From the NCBI GenBank assembly GCA_024704765.1, contig JAKMXF010000299.1, positions 1,278,863-1,342,862 on the forward strand: DNA of 64,000 bases, read 5' to 3'. Under the pieces are notes generated by a model, which was given only the letters and a program-made list of their open reading frames with translations, made no database searches and was not told the DNA's origin. The stretch is from Oopsacas minuta. Lineage: Eukaryota; Animalia; Porifera. Shown here piece by piece: positions 12,873-26,632 of this stretch (positions are counted from its first letter, which is position 1; the number at the start of each line of letters is the position of its first letter). Position numbers and translations under genes: made by a program.

Positions 12873-14076
12873 CACTGGGCAAGATCAAATTTATTCCTCA
12901 AATGAAAATATATTACCTAGACTAACTTTGGGATGCTGATTCCAAATCTGAAATCAGAATTGGTCTATCACGTCAGGATTTCAAGATATGAAAATTCACA
13001 AAATTCGGATTTTGCATTGATTGGCACTATTATAAGGTACTATACAGTACAAGTTAGGCCAATTGTACAATTTTCTTCACCAGCGAATTGTTGGTCAACA
13101 ATGCATATTGTGTACGGTTAATATCAACATTATTTTGTAAATGTAATGTTCTATCTTTTGACAATTAATGCATTCTTGAGTGTTCTTGGCCATGGCTATA
13201 AGGAGGGGTTATTTAGCCTACTTGCGGGTGGATTGTAGATTGTATCGATAAACCAACAACATTACTGTTTTACAGAATTTTTAGTTTGTAACTGATTGTG
13301 TATTTAAGCTTTTTGTTTACAATGAATACGAGCAGAAGACAATGCACGAACCACCCAGATAACTTCTGCTATATTTGTGGAAAATTTACGCCGAAGCCCC
13401 AGCGAAGAAATATTGCCAATCGTGTCAAGATTGGCTACAAGTATTACTTTGGTTGCAAAGTTGGTGACCAAGACAAGAACTGGGCACCTCACATCTGCTG
13501 TACCGTCTGCTATACCAGTCTAATCCAATGGCTTAAGGAGAGAAGAAATCCATGCCATTTGCGGTATCTATGATTTGGCGAGAACCTAAAAACCATACGT
13601 CGGATTGTTATTTTTGCACAACAAATATTGCTGGATTTTCGACCTCTATACCGTGATGGAATCACGGTATAGAGGTCGATTTAAGCCAAACATGATGGGG
13701 GACTACTGTTGGTTTCTCCACCGTGAAACTGACACTGAACATGCTCGAAAGAGCAAGTCTATGAAGCACTTTTGAGAGGATACAATGTTATTTTTGTCTG
13801 GTTTAATCATCCTGGGTTGTGTTGAATTGTGCAAAATGATAATTCTATTATTTTCACTAGCAATCACTGTGTTTATTACATGTAATGTTTTGTTCTGCAC
13901 AGCCAAAATTAGCCAAAATGACAATTACGGGTTGTTGTGTGCATATGTCATATCTCAAAAACTTGACGTGTTAGAAAAAATCTAAGGCCAGATTTGGATT
14001 CAGTATGGCCATATTAGTCTAGGTAAACTTGAAACGAGCAAGGAATAAAAAATAAGTTGTAAAATGTTGTCCAGTG
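12873..14076 (+). mobile_element. Chapaev3-like non-autonomous internal-deletion derivative
   Basis: CACTG...CAGTG ends, TTA TSD, long imperfect subterminal IRs. N-terminal zinc finger (NFCYICG...GDQDKNWAPHICCTVC) is joined directly to C-terminal MESRYRGRF...MMGDYCWFL. Confidence 0.85.
13639..13679. repeat. Perfect 19-bp-stem hairpin at the deletion junction
   Basis: TCGACCTCTATACCGTGAT-GGA-ATCACGGTATAGAGGTCGA. Confidence 0.95.
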
Positions 14077-15249
14077 TTATTATAAGTTAATTTTCAACTT
14101 ATCAACATATTGCATTTTCCAAGGGTATGACTTCGATTTCATGAATTTGCACCGGTCAGCAACTTGTTTATAAAATTTGTTGTTTTAATTTAGAGGATCC
14201 CAAATGATCTTAAGGGGTTTGGTCTAGTGCTAGGGTATCCCTAAATAAGAAGCCTTGAATACTCAAGATATCAAAAATTTATTAGAGACTGTAAGGATCG
14301 TATAGTAAACACGAGTGTGAAGTTAGCTTACTATTCGACCTTGTAAGCTTCAATCAGTAATTTTACTCACTTGTATGCTTCTGATTTAGACGTAATTGAT
14401 ATCATTCAATAGAAGATTGTTGGACGTTTTAGGAAATATGAAGGATTTTCAAATTTTTACTTATACACACTATTTTTGTCATAGTAATGATGTATACAAC
14501 TTCATTCGAAATTACGGTCTCAAATTTTGAATTTGATTCTGAAATTCCTTTCCTATATTTAGGAGATATGGACGTTTATGTAAATTTAGTTTCATTCCAA
14601 ATTCCTATAATTCGCTGAGCTATAAGATTTCAAAGTTGAAGTTGGAAGTGAGAGTTGAGGGGGGATAGATTAGATTATACATAAGTAGGGTCAGCTCAAA
14701 TTGTTGTTTCATTACCTTTACCATACTCAATCTAAAATATTTTGATGTTAATCGATAATTGAGATGTGAACGTTTCTAACGCTATCAATGTTATCCTGAA
14801 AAACCAAAAAATTTGCACTTACAACAGGATTCTAAAAATCATTAATTTCACTGTTTTTGTGTATTACGAACTCCGACTTTCAAGTCAATTCTCGAAATTC
14901 TTTACCACCAGAATCGCCTCAAACTTTACAGATATCTCTCTATCGTATTCTATAATTTAATTTCTTAAAGACAAACAGGTTGTCGCTGGTATATTTATGA
15001 AATTTTGATCTTTTTGAAAGTATCTATTATTTCTCAAATTCATTTGTCTTTACTGCTACAATAAACTATCGTTATTATCTTGTAAGCCTATACAGTTACC
15101 GTTTCAAATCAAACGAGTAATTTTCACACGAAATGATTACCTATATCATTGCTATTTCAAATTTTTCTCGCTATTTTGTCTGTTTTCATTTTGGTAGCTT
15201 GTGAAGTGCGAAAAATGCTTTGGACAGTAGCCAAAGTTGGCTACTGTAA

Positions 15250-17216
15250 TTCACCCCCGGTTTAAACCATGGTTAAAATCTCATTTAGCGGGTTCAACTG
15301 GTTTAACCATATTTTATGGTCACAACTAGTTATTACACTGTGCTAAACCTCATTTAATAGAGTAAACTACCTAAACTGTGTTTGAGACTCTAATTTATGA
15401 TTTCCAGACAATAATTTGATTAAATTGTAAATACAGTAAATATTCAAAGCCTTCATTCATTAGGATCAGTAATCGTATAATTGACTTAAACCAGACGTCT
15501 TACAAGTGGTCATAGAATAGAGCTAAATTCTGATGTGGTGTCTTCATTTGCTCAATCTAGATTAGTGAAGACATATTTTGGCATTGTTAAAGCTGGTGTC
15601 ACTCATACTAGGTTTAAGTTATCCACAAGCAAAATCCAAGTTCGCATAACCTTATCGTATGATACGATCTAAGGATATAATACGATTCGTGTTAGGTTAT
15701 CATTGTATATACGTATTTAGTGTTTCCTATAATTTTCTCAGTTTTCTTCGTTTTTACCCATCAACTTGTAATGGTCAATTCCGGTGACTGGCCTAGTGAC
15801 CCCTTTGAGGCTTTACATGAAAATTTACGGAACTAAATGAAGGGTATCGACCGTAGTACTTATGTCAGTAATAAAATTGGGCGACGCCGAAATTACAGAA
15901 AGCGGTTCCATTCAGCAAATACCCAACAAGATCCAGAACCTGCACCAGAAATGTAACGAATTTGAATCAGATCTCTCAACATGAAATAAAACGCACTACA
16001 AGGCCCAAGATCTGTCAAACGCTGATGTCATATTTTTCTATCAAGACTGATACTGCAACTAGCAATCATCAGTTAGATCTTCAGGTTCCCATATTTTTTA
16101 TGTATGCAACATATAAGTTATTGTTGCAGGACATAAACAATTCATAGCAATGATATCTTCTATGACCTGGCTGCTCGTACCTAAACGAAAAGACTTATCT
16201 GTACAACAACTCGATTACGTACGCGACCATATACATGAACATAGTGCACGAGATTTCATGATAAAGATGTTACATTGGTTCCAGATGGTTGGAGTGATAT
16301 TCACAATAATCCTGTTCTCGCTACCTCTATTCATACTGCTTCGAAAAACTATGGCCTCAATGCAATTGATACCAGTACCAACATAAAACTGCATCTTATT
16401 GTACTGATTTATTTCCAAAGTCTAGACTCCAAGCTGAAGAAGAGATTAATTGCCATATAGTTGGTTTGATTGCCATATACTTACATCTCCTAAAGTTGAT
16501 TCCTGCCAAAGTTTATTGAAACTAACTGGAAATGAATTGCTACAACCTCACAAAGAAATTGTACAGCATAGCTTTGGACAAACAATGACTCCTTATCACT
16601 TCCTTGCGTACTGTTTACATCCTAAAATTCGAGGAAGGGGTCTCGGTGATGAACATTTAAGATCTGTGCATCAATTAGTCACTAGCAAGTGGAGGAAATA
16701 TCAAATGATGTATGTGCATTCCAAACAGAGACCAACCCTTTCCGCAACACAAGTTCAAGGAATCCTTCATTGAAATTGTTGATCATTGTGCATGGAGCTC
16801 TGTATCATAAAGCAATATAAGAATGTGAGTCCCGAGTTTAGTAATCTAATCCTTCTTGTACTCATATTGCCTTCGAGTTCAGCATCAATAGAGCGAATGT
16901 TTTCTATTTTCAGCCTGGCCCAAACAAACTCAGAAATAGACTTGGGTTAGAAATAGCTTCAAACTAGTTACATCTTTCGTGAGTTGAGGGGAACAGTCGA
17001 ATTTGACTGGTTACTTGTTTAGTTATTTAGGAAGAATTTTAGCATTTATTTCAAATAAATATATGTATTATATAATATTAAAATTGAATTTCTAAAAAGG
17101 GGAAAATTACTTCTATAGTATGATTTACCTTGGTTAACGGGTAATACCCGGTTTAAATCGGGTTTACCCACTGGGTCGGGCTAAACCTATTTAACCCGGG
17201 TTAGACTCTAACCCTG
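15250..17216 (+). mobile_element. Decayed, internally deleted hAT element
   Basis: Fragments PDGWSDIHNNPV (catalytic D), FLAYCLHPK and LPSSSASIERMFS...RNRLG (dimerisation domain). GGTTTAAAC/AACCC subterminal repeats at both ends; 3' terminus ...CTCTAACCCTG. 5' TIR not found. Confidence 0.7.
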
Positions 17217-18457
17217 ATTTCACTCCCGTTAATTGGCTCTGGAGTTAATCGAATAAACCTTGTTGCTTGGACCAGAAACATAACAATACTGATTGTGTTA
17301 AATTACTTCAGTTAATTCGGCCAGTTTGCAGCAAAACATTAGAAATCATATTGTTCCAATGGCATTGAGAATGCTCAAATTTTACATTTAGTTTTGTAGT
17401 ATACCCAATGTGTACACACATTTCAAAGCATGCACATCATTCCTCCTTTAGATATACCCACTTTTTTTTGCCAAAAGTGCCATATATAAGGGACCCCATT
17501 AAAATGATAGGATATCTTCACAATTTTCTTCAAATATCTTCTAATCAATATACACATATGACCCTTTTCTCAAAACAACTCCTCAATATTCAGTATGCAA
17601 GACAAACAGAAAAGTATATATTTTTCAGGGTGGAATTTTGCACAAATTGTTCACACATTCCGTGGGCTTTAAATCTGAATTTATAATTAGTCTTTGCCAT
17701 ACCTTTGTAACTAAATGATATCCCGAGATGCCAAATAACCTGAATGAAAATCCATTAATGCTATACATTTTACATGATAAAAGTAGAAAAACCCGGTTGC
17801 AACAATATTCAATAAATTTTGGTATTTGAATTGTATTAGGGAGAAAAAATCAATTACAAGGAGGGAAATAACCTGGTATAGCATTTATATCATTGTAAAA
17901 ATACAGATTTCGACTGCAGATTCATGGTCCCAGAACTTAACACCGGTGCTATTTGTACATGTATTGTTAATTAAATAATAATTATAATGCGTCAATATGA
18001 ATTGTAACGTAAATGGATCATTTGCAGTTGCAACAAACGGCATTCATTTCTTCACATTATATTAATTTAAATTATTGATTTTTTACAATCGAAAACAATC
18101 ATAAGCACATATTTTCATCTCTGCTGGCAGTGGCGGCGCTCAGTGGGAAAGTCAATGTGAGCTAGGGATCAGGAGAGTTTGCATTATGAATATCTTCATA
18201 AATTCAAGCTAAAAAAATAGACACTAAACCACCTAATTTTTAAACACTGGTATGTATCTGATGATACATATTTGAGTGGATTTTAAACTAGAATATTAGT
18301 GTATGATTAAAACTAATATATATGTTGCAGTTTATGGACGTACTTGGTGTGCACGTGTGCATACTGGTGTATGGCCATGCCATAATAGAATGTTCTCTTC
18401 TGGTTCTTTACTAAATACGAAATTAAACTTAATCAGTATGTTGCAGTGCATTAATTA

Positions 18458-20750
18458 CACTGCCCTGCGTCAAATTTGCTGATTATTATCCATGGGTTGT
18501 TTTTAGTTAACTTGAGTATGCTGATCCTCAATCTGTCATCAGATTTCCCCTATAACGTCTCGTTTTTACTCAAATGTCATTTTAATGTAAGTCGATTTTT
18601 TTAAGTACACTTCCCTAGAATAAATGATTATATTTGATACATGTGTGAATTTTTGTCTTTTGAGATAAACAGATGCGTGCATTATTGCATTTTCTAATTA
18701 GTCCCTTTAACTCCATTCTTTTTCTACATAATTTTTTTTATTTTTATTTTTGTTATATACAGCTTTATTGTACTATAGTCTACTATTTTGATATTTTATT
18801 ATCATATGGCTTATCGGAGAAGGTGCAGTAATGATCCAGACGTCTTTTGTTATATTTGTGGGAGTTTTATGACTTCTAAACAAACTACGGCAATAACAGG
18901 ATTTGTTAAAAAAGCATATTTAGAATATTTTGGAATGAGATTAGGTGATCAAGACAAAACATGGGCTCCACATACAGTGTGCCGATCTTGTGTAGAAAAT
19001 TTGAGACAATGGACAAAAGGAATCAGAAAGAGTTTAAGTTTTGGAATTCCAATGATATGGAGAGAGCCACAAAATCACATTAGCGATTGTTACTTTTGTA
19101 TGGCGAATATTTCCGGATTCAATGCTAAAACCAAGTCATTGATCAAGTATCCAAATTTACATTCAGCAATACGACCCGTTCCCCATTCTATTGATGTACC
19201 TGTTCCAAAATTTACTAATTTGGATGTTATCTCGGAAATTGATGATTGTGAAACTAGAGATTCATTAATTAGAGAAGATAAGGATTTTATTCCGTGTGTA
19301 TTATCTCGTTCTAATTCTCCACAGTTATTTAATCAGTCTGAATTAAATGATTTGGTACGTGATTTAGATTTACCTAAAGAATCTGCGGAGTTGTTAGGTT
19401 CTAGGCTAAAAAAACAAACTTGCTTCTCCCAGAAACAAAATTTTACTCATATAGGAACAGAGAGATCGAATTTTTGAAATATTTCATAATGGAGGAGGGA
19501 TTTGTGTTTTGTCATGATGTTTCACCGCTAGTTAATGCTCTTGGATGTCCGTATGTACCTAATGATTGGAGACTCTTTATTGATTGTTCAAAGCAAAGTT
19601 TGAAATGTGTTCTACTTCATAATGGCAACAAATTTAGTTCCGTACCAATTGGACATTCAGTAAGTTTAAAGGAACGATATGATAACATGAAAATTGTGCT
19701 TCATAAAATTAATTATAACCAGCACAATTGGGTAATCTGTGGTGACTTGAAAATCATATGCATTCTTTTGGGACAGCAATCAGGATATACAAAATACCCT
19801 TGTTTTTATGCTTATGGGACAGTCGTGCAAAGAGCGAACACTATTCTAGACAGAGCTGGCCAGCTAGAACCAATCTTAATGTTGGAGATAAGAACATTAT
19901 TCACGAGCCTCTAGTGGATCCTCTCAAGATTTTGCTTTCACCACTTCATATAAAATTAGGATTAATGAAACAGTTTGTAAGGGCATTAGATACATAAGGA
20001 AATTGTTTCAAATATATTACCGAGAAATTTTACTACCTAAGTGATGAAAGAAGAAAAGCCGGTATATTCGACGGTCCTCAGATAAGACAACTTGTTCGAG
20101 ATGATAATTTTTCCAATTCTATGATATGCAAAGAAAAATGTGCATGGAATGCATTTGTCGGTGTCATGAAAAACTTCTTGGGAACTACGAAATCTCCTAA
20201 TTATAAAATACTTGTGAATGAGTTGATTGAATCTTGCAAGAATCTCGGCTGCAATATGAGTGTAAAAGTTCACTTTCTTCACAGTCATATTGACTATTTT
20301 CCAGAGAATCTTGGAGCTGTTTCCGAGGAGCAAGGTGAACGATTCCACCAAGACATAAAAACAATGGAAACACGATATCAGGGGAGGTGGGACGTTCATA
20401 TGATGGCTGATTACTGCTGGTGCCTCAAGAGAGATTGTATTGATGTTATTCATGCTAGAATGTCAAAAAAACGGAATTTTACTCCTGATTCAGACTAATA
20501 TATTCAAATTATTTATTAATTAAGATTATATTATCAATAAAAATTTATAAATGGCAGATTTTCACTATTTACTTGTAGAGGTATCATGCATTCATCGATA
20601 AATATACCAATATTTAAAAATAATTTTGCAAAAAAACTAGACGTGATAAGTATATTTTACAAAATTATTCAAAATCAGTTTTAAAATGTGGATTAGAAAA
20701 TGTTTTGCAATAACAATCAGCAAATAAAATTTTTTTTCCGCAGGGCTGTG
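18458..20750 (+). mobile_element. Full-length Chapaev3-like element; transposase ATG 18806 to 20498 with frameshifts
   Basis: TIR CAC(T/A)GCCCTGCG, TTA TSD. Motifs FCYICG, GDQDK, DCYFC, LFIDCSK, GDLK, LHIKLG and EEQGERFHQD. Confidence 0.9.
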
Positions 20751-21339
20751 TTATCATTATTATATCATTATTATATCATTGTTATCAACATTGTAATTTT
20801 TCATCATCCTTTCAAAAAGTATTTGGGTTGCTAGCACCTAGAAATGAAAGAGAATATCAATAATTAATATAAAATAATATGACATAATTTGTGACAACAT
20901 TACGATGTATGCTGGAGGAAATACTATTAAACACATAAATACTCAAGCACAAGGAAACATATATTAATCTTCTTGAATACTGCTTGTATATACAATGATT
21001 TTCATTCCAAAGTTCGTCATTATATTACCAATAATGTACTTCATGTCCATTCTACATGGAAACATTGTGGGTCTCGAGCTCGAAGCACGGACTATATCCT
21101 TAATTCCATTGGTGACAAATGATGATCTTCAATTCTATAAAAGTACTCTACTTATCCATCCGAACTCTAGGTGTATCCCGGTTAACTTGATAAAATCAGA
21201 TAACTCGACACATTTGTTGCATTTTATAATCACCATCAGTGCCTTACCAAATTGTTTCTTAATATTCGTTCCCGTTCATCTCAAACCGAACGACACATCT
21301 ATTTCCTTTCTCACGATGGTTATCATTAAGGAATTACCC

Positions 21340-23435
21340 AAATCTATCTATTCTTCTCCTTTTATCGGGGGATATTGAATTGGACCCTGATCCTACCGGA
21401 AGAGAAGAGTTCATGAAAATTCTTGACGAAAAGAAACTGGCTGATTCAGCCATTAATATATTCTCACCTGAAGAAATAGGGCAAAAATCTGCATCCTGAA
21501 ATCACAGAAACCTACAGAGGAAAATGCAAGACAAAAGTGGCAAAGGGTTCAGAATAGATTTAAACTTGTTTCATATCAAAGTGTTGAAGCCCTATACCTC
21601 CGTGAAGCAAACAGACACAATTCCAAAAGAGTATTGGTGAGTAATGAAATCTACGATGTCCTAGAAGAATCTCACGTAAAAAATCACGAACTTTCAGGAA
21701 GGACAAAATTGTATAAGAGAGTTACTCAATATTACTTTGGAGTTACTGAAGAACTGTGTGGTATTTATGTCAAAATGTGTCCAACTTGCCATCTAAAAAG
21801 GGGAAAGAAATCCATAAAGTCTGTAGTTACCAAGCCAATCGTATCAAGAAATTACCTGAGCAGAGGTCAAATTGATCTCAGAGATTTCAGAGATATGAAT
21901 CTGGCTGAAGACATGTCACCAGATGGAGTCACACCCTATAAATACCTTTTTGTCTACATTGACCATTTTACTAAAAAAATAAACTTGGTCCCACTAGTTA
22001 GAAAAACAGGTAGAAAATGTTCGTGATATTTTAATTGAAATATTCTGCAATCAAGGCCCACCTCAAATATTGCATTCTGATAATGGAGGAGAATTCTCAA
22101 ATCGCCTTCTATTCGAAACTTTGCGAGATACTTGGCCCTCTACAAAAATTGTGCATGGTAAACCCAGGCATCCTGAGTGTCAGGGGACAGGAGAGCGTGT
22201 GAATAGAGAAGTTAAAGACGGATTATTTGCCATGATGCATGATAATAATGATCAATGCTGGGTAAAGTATTTAAAGTAGGTAAAATTTAACTACAACACA
22301 AGTTACCATACAACTATTCGAATGACGTCATTTGAAGCTGTATATGGCAGACCTCCATTCTTCGGACTCGCCACTCTTAATGTTCCTAAAGAACATTGGG
22401 ATGTGATTAATAACGAGGACGATTTGAATAACTTTCAACCAACCTCTGTTGCTGATCCAATCTCAGCATCTGTTGATGAATTATCTGAATCATCTAACTT
22501 GTCTGAAAACGAAGTGCCTACATATACAGAAGAGTATCCTAATGAACCACAGTCTCCATATTTATCTAAGTTCCCGCCTATTTCCGACGATTATGAATTC
22601 TCGATATCAGATACAGTTTGGCACAATTGTCGATGGTATAGAATATAACAGTAATTTTGAAACTCCAACATCAAGTATTCCAGTAATTTTGGAGAATCAA
22701 ATTAGAGCTCTTGAATCAGATAATTTAATTTCTGAGAAACAGTTTCCCATGAGACGACTATCTAGTAGTTCATCAATAGTTTCAAATATAAATCCAACCA
22801 AATTCAACTAACTTACTCTGTGCTGTATGTGAGAATGAAACAAGTGTAGTACACTCTTGCCCTGAATGTTGTCGTTTCGTCCACGTACCTTGCGGAATTC
22901 AACAAGGGGAAGAGGGATTTGGGAGTTCAGTGTGGTGTCAAGGTTGTTTTCTCAAAGAAAGGAGTACAAATACTCATCATTTACGAAAAGGAATAAAAAG
23001 AAATCAGGAAACACTACATGATCGTCTGCTAAAATTAAGTGGGAAAAATTCAAACCAGCTGAAATCGGTGATACTGTGCTTATACCCATTTCCCAACCTG
23101 ATAAGATGAGTTCGATTGGACCACGCAATCTTATGGATCATATCATCGGCGCACAGGATTCTGTTTATACTGTAGCTACATCACATGGCACTATTTCCTC
23201 TGGCTATGCAAGGAATCAGTTTGATGTTTGTCCATTCAGAATCAGTGCAAATGAGTCTTGCCATACTTCTATAGTCAGTCAAACGGAAGCAATGCAAAGT
23301 GCTACTCTGGTCGTCAATGGTTCAGCATGCAGATGTAAGCACTGTAAAACACTAAGGTGCCCTTGCAAGAAATCAGGTAGAAGTTGCAACACTAAATGCC
23401 ATAAGGGTCACACTTGTTTTAACAAGTTCACATGA
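21340..23435 (+). pseudogene. Ginger2 integrase (KRBA2/SCAND3-like) with HHCC, DDE, PHD-like and C-terminal Cys-rich domains
   Basis: ESH..HELSGR...CPTC; GQIDL, HSDNGGEF, PRHPECQGTGERVN. CAVC...CPEC..VHVPC...WCQGC at ~22815-22950; CRCKHCKTLRCPCKK...CNTKCH. Stops and frameshifts; start approximate. Confidence 0.85.
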
Positions 23436-24611
23436 CATACTACTAGCAGAGAGAATGGTCATTACGTATAGCACAAGTCATCACTTAATATTTTTTAGAA
23501 CTTTTAAATTGTGAAATCATTAGTTTATAATAAGAATACAATAAAGATTTCTTGCTCAGTCTCAAAAAGTATTTTAAATTGGATAATACAGACACTTCGC
23601 TACACGAGTAGTCGAGTAGATTATAAATAATTTAATGTATTGGACAATTTGGAATTATTATGTGGTAATGGTACGGAGTTAACCGTTGTAACGTAACTAG
23701 ATACGAAATAGAGTCTAGTTCATATTAAGATGTTCTAGTTACTAGGCCATCCATGTAGTAGTGTAGTAAGTAGTCTTAATAGTTTGTTCAAAACAATTTA
23801 CTAAAGGTAATTACGAAAAGTGGAACTCGGGGAAAACAGTACACCTAGGGAAACAATATTTTCAGTACTATCCGAGCGTACGTCTTATCCAAACATGGAT
23901 TGAATTAGAATGGATGGGAACAAATTTTAGACACAAATTAATTAGCAAGTTTGCAACCGAATAATACTGTATTTGGAGAATAGTTCAATATTCAGTTGCA
24001 AACCGAAAATCAGTAACCGGTTGGGTTGCTACTCATAATACTGATATTCGGTTCAATCGATTTCAGCCTTGTAAATTAGTAATAAATGTGGGTACAAGTA
24101 CATGCATAACAATTGTTTCGAAGTGTTCAGTCAAAGAATTATGGTAAATTTCTGTGAGCAGAAATCCCAGATTACTATAATAGAATGTTGACCATTTACG
24201 AACTGAACAATTATGGAACAATTAATCAAAGACATTTATTACTAAATAGATACATATCAAACAAACCTTAAACTCTGTTTCTGCTCTCGCTATAAACTGA
24301 ACAAACAAGTCAAATACAAAGATAATTATGTACTTCTCCCCAGTGATAGATTCAGGTTACGAGCTGAATAGAAATCTAATTCTGCATATTGCTGAAAATC
24401 TAATTCCGCATATTACTCAATTGTTATGGAAAGTTTAGATATATATCCAATAATTGAATATATTTGTATCTCTATAATTAGAACTATTGTATCGCTAATT
24501 ATATTATTTAATAAAGAACCAGAAGAGAACATTTTATTATGGCATGGCCCTACACCAGTATGCACACGTGCACACCAAGCACGTCCATAAACTGCAACAT
24601 ATATATATTTA

Positions 24612-26632
24612 CGAGTGGTATCTTAGCGGTCGATTCAGCAGCCGATTCAAATCCCCAGATAAAAAAACACCTTTATTATCAAGAAGTATGGGTTCTATTT
24701 TGAAAAGAACCATACCAGTATAAAGACGAAAGTTGGTGCATTCGCTCATAACCAAATTTTACATGATGAGTAGCAATTTTGCATTACATTTTGGCCGAGG
24801 TTTTTTTCCATCTCCCAAATTAATTGTGATAACAACCTATCATTTTAATCATATCCGCATCTCACTTGATACATTGTGTACATCCAATTAGAAATTAAAA
24901 TGATTATTCTTGAAAAGTTATGAACGCCCGAACTTTACATAGGAATTACATAGACGACCAATTTGTGGTATAAATAATGATGTATGACATTACAGTGTAC
25001 GTAAATTATGAAAAGTATTTGGTATCATTTTTAATTCTATAGTTCCAATTTTATTGCGGTTTCTAGATATTAACAGAGGATATTTGAAATATCATTAATA
25101 ACACAACACCATTGTAATGACAGTTATCATATTTATTCAAAACATTAGTTTTTGAATAGAAAGAATAAACAAATCGGGAAGTATTACAAGGTGCTAATTA
25201 ACCAGATATTACAGTTTGTCTGTCTATCTTTTCTGCATTGAACGGATTGATGAACTAATGAGAAATACTGATCGAATTTCCCATCTATATTAGAACAGGC
25301 TAAACCTGAAACATGCGGTACAATTTATGCAAAATCTTTACAGCTATCTAAGGAATAGTAACAAATGTCCTTGATCAGATAAGATTTGAAGAAACGATCA
25401 GCACTTCGATTTGTAGTTATAAATGTCAGAATGGTAAGAGGATCGAGAGTTAACTCCAGGAGATGGGTCTCCAAATGATGCTCCAAAAAGTAGATAGTAA
25501 CTTCTTTCTGATTCAAATTTGTACAAATGTAAAATAAGCGTTTATAAGAAAGATTTGGAGATATATTTCCTAGATTGATTAAGATAATTGTAAGGATCAG
25601 AATAATATAGATTTCATGTTCATTGTTACTTTAATAAGAATATATCTCCCTGAACATTGCATATTTGTATTGTGTCAGTTTCCAAATCCTGCGTATTATT
25701 ATCCAGCTTTTAAATGTATCTTGGTTAGAGAATAGGTCATGTAATTGATTCATGTAATCCAACTGTCGATACATATAAGTGTATAATTATATTTGTGATC
25801 TTTGTCATAATCAATTTACATATTTAGATGAGATCTGACAAAATATCCAAGATTCATTTATACAAGATATTTTTTGTTTCATTAATAATCTTGTTGGTAA
25901 ATATGTAATTTTCGCTGCCATAAATTGGAACCAATGATTAGGTTGCTTTTAATAATACAATAGAGATAGTACGGGCCGGTAGTGAAGAAAATTTGTGGAA
26001 GAAATGAAGTTGAAATAAAATAAAGTTGAAGAATATCAAAAGTATTCAGGTCGTGAGAAACGAAATAAATCAATTACAGTGTTACAAATGCTTGTTGAGT
26101 GATATTTACATTCGTAATTCTTAATATGATACAAAGTTCAAAAATCTTAACTGACATAACTGATTCTAATAATTGTGAATGAATACTTTTGGCCTCAAGA
26201 ATTTAGTCATGATAGGTAAATTAATACTAAGAATATTCAAGTAATCAATACATAGCTACAAGGCATACAGATCATCTAGCAAAAACTGGTCGTCTATGTA
26301 ATTCCTAAGTAAAGTTTGGGTGTTCATAACTTTTTCAAAAATAATCATTTTAATTTCTAATTGGATATACACAATGTACCAAGTGAGTTGTATATATGAT
26401 TATAATGATTAGTTGTTATCACAACTATTTTGGAAGATATTAATAAAAAACCTCGACCAAAATGAAATGCGAAATTGCTTACTCATCGTGTGAGATTTGG
26501 AATTATAAGTGATGATATGAAATATATCAACTTTCTTCTTTAAACTGGTATGGTTCTTTTCAAAATAGAACCCGTACTTTTGAGAAAAAGGTATTTTAGT
26601 GGGGTTTGAATCGCCTGCTAATATAACGCTCG
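24612..26632. mobile_element. Foldback element with ~360-bp diverged TIRs and ~1.3-kb spacer
   Basis: 24612-~24970 is the reverse complement of ~26280-26632; ends TA|CGAG...CTCG|TA. Confidence 0.8.

Larger units (their letters stand above)
18323..24599 (+). mobile_element. Ginger2/TDD-type DNA transposon (~4 kb net of a nested Chapaev3)
   Basis: ~90-bp TIRs beginning TGTTGCAGTTTATGGACG, 4-bp TSD TATA on both sides, internal Gypsy-like integrase. Confidence 0.88.

Noticed and set aside
12933-13121. ORF resembling a fibronectin type III strand (IPNLKSELVYHVRIS)
   Set aside because: It lies in the Chapaev3 subterminal inverted repeat and is mirrored at ~13950-14030, so the resemblance is chance.
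15224-15247. 11-bp perfect hairpin ACAGTAGCCAA-AG-TTGGCTACTGT
   Set aside because: Isolated, with no TSD or family link; could be an excision footprint but unsupported.
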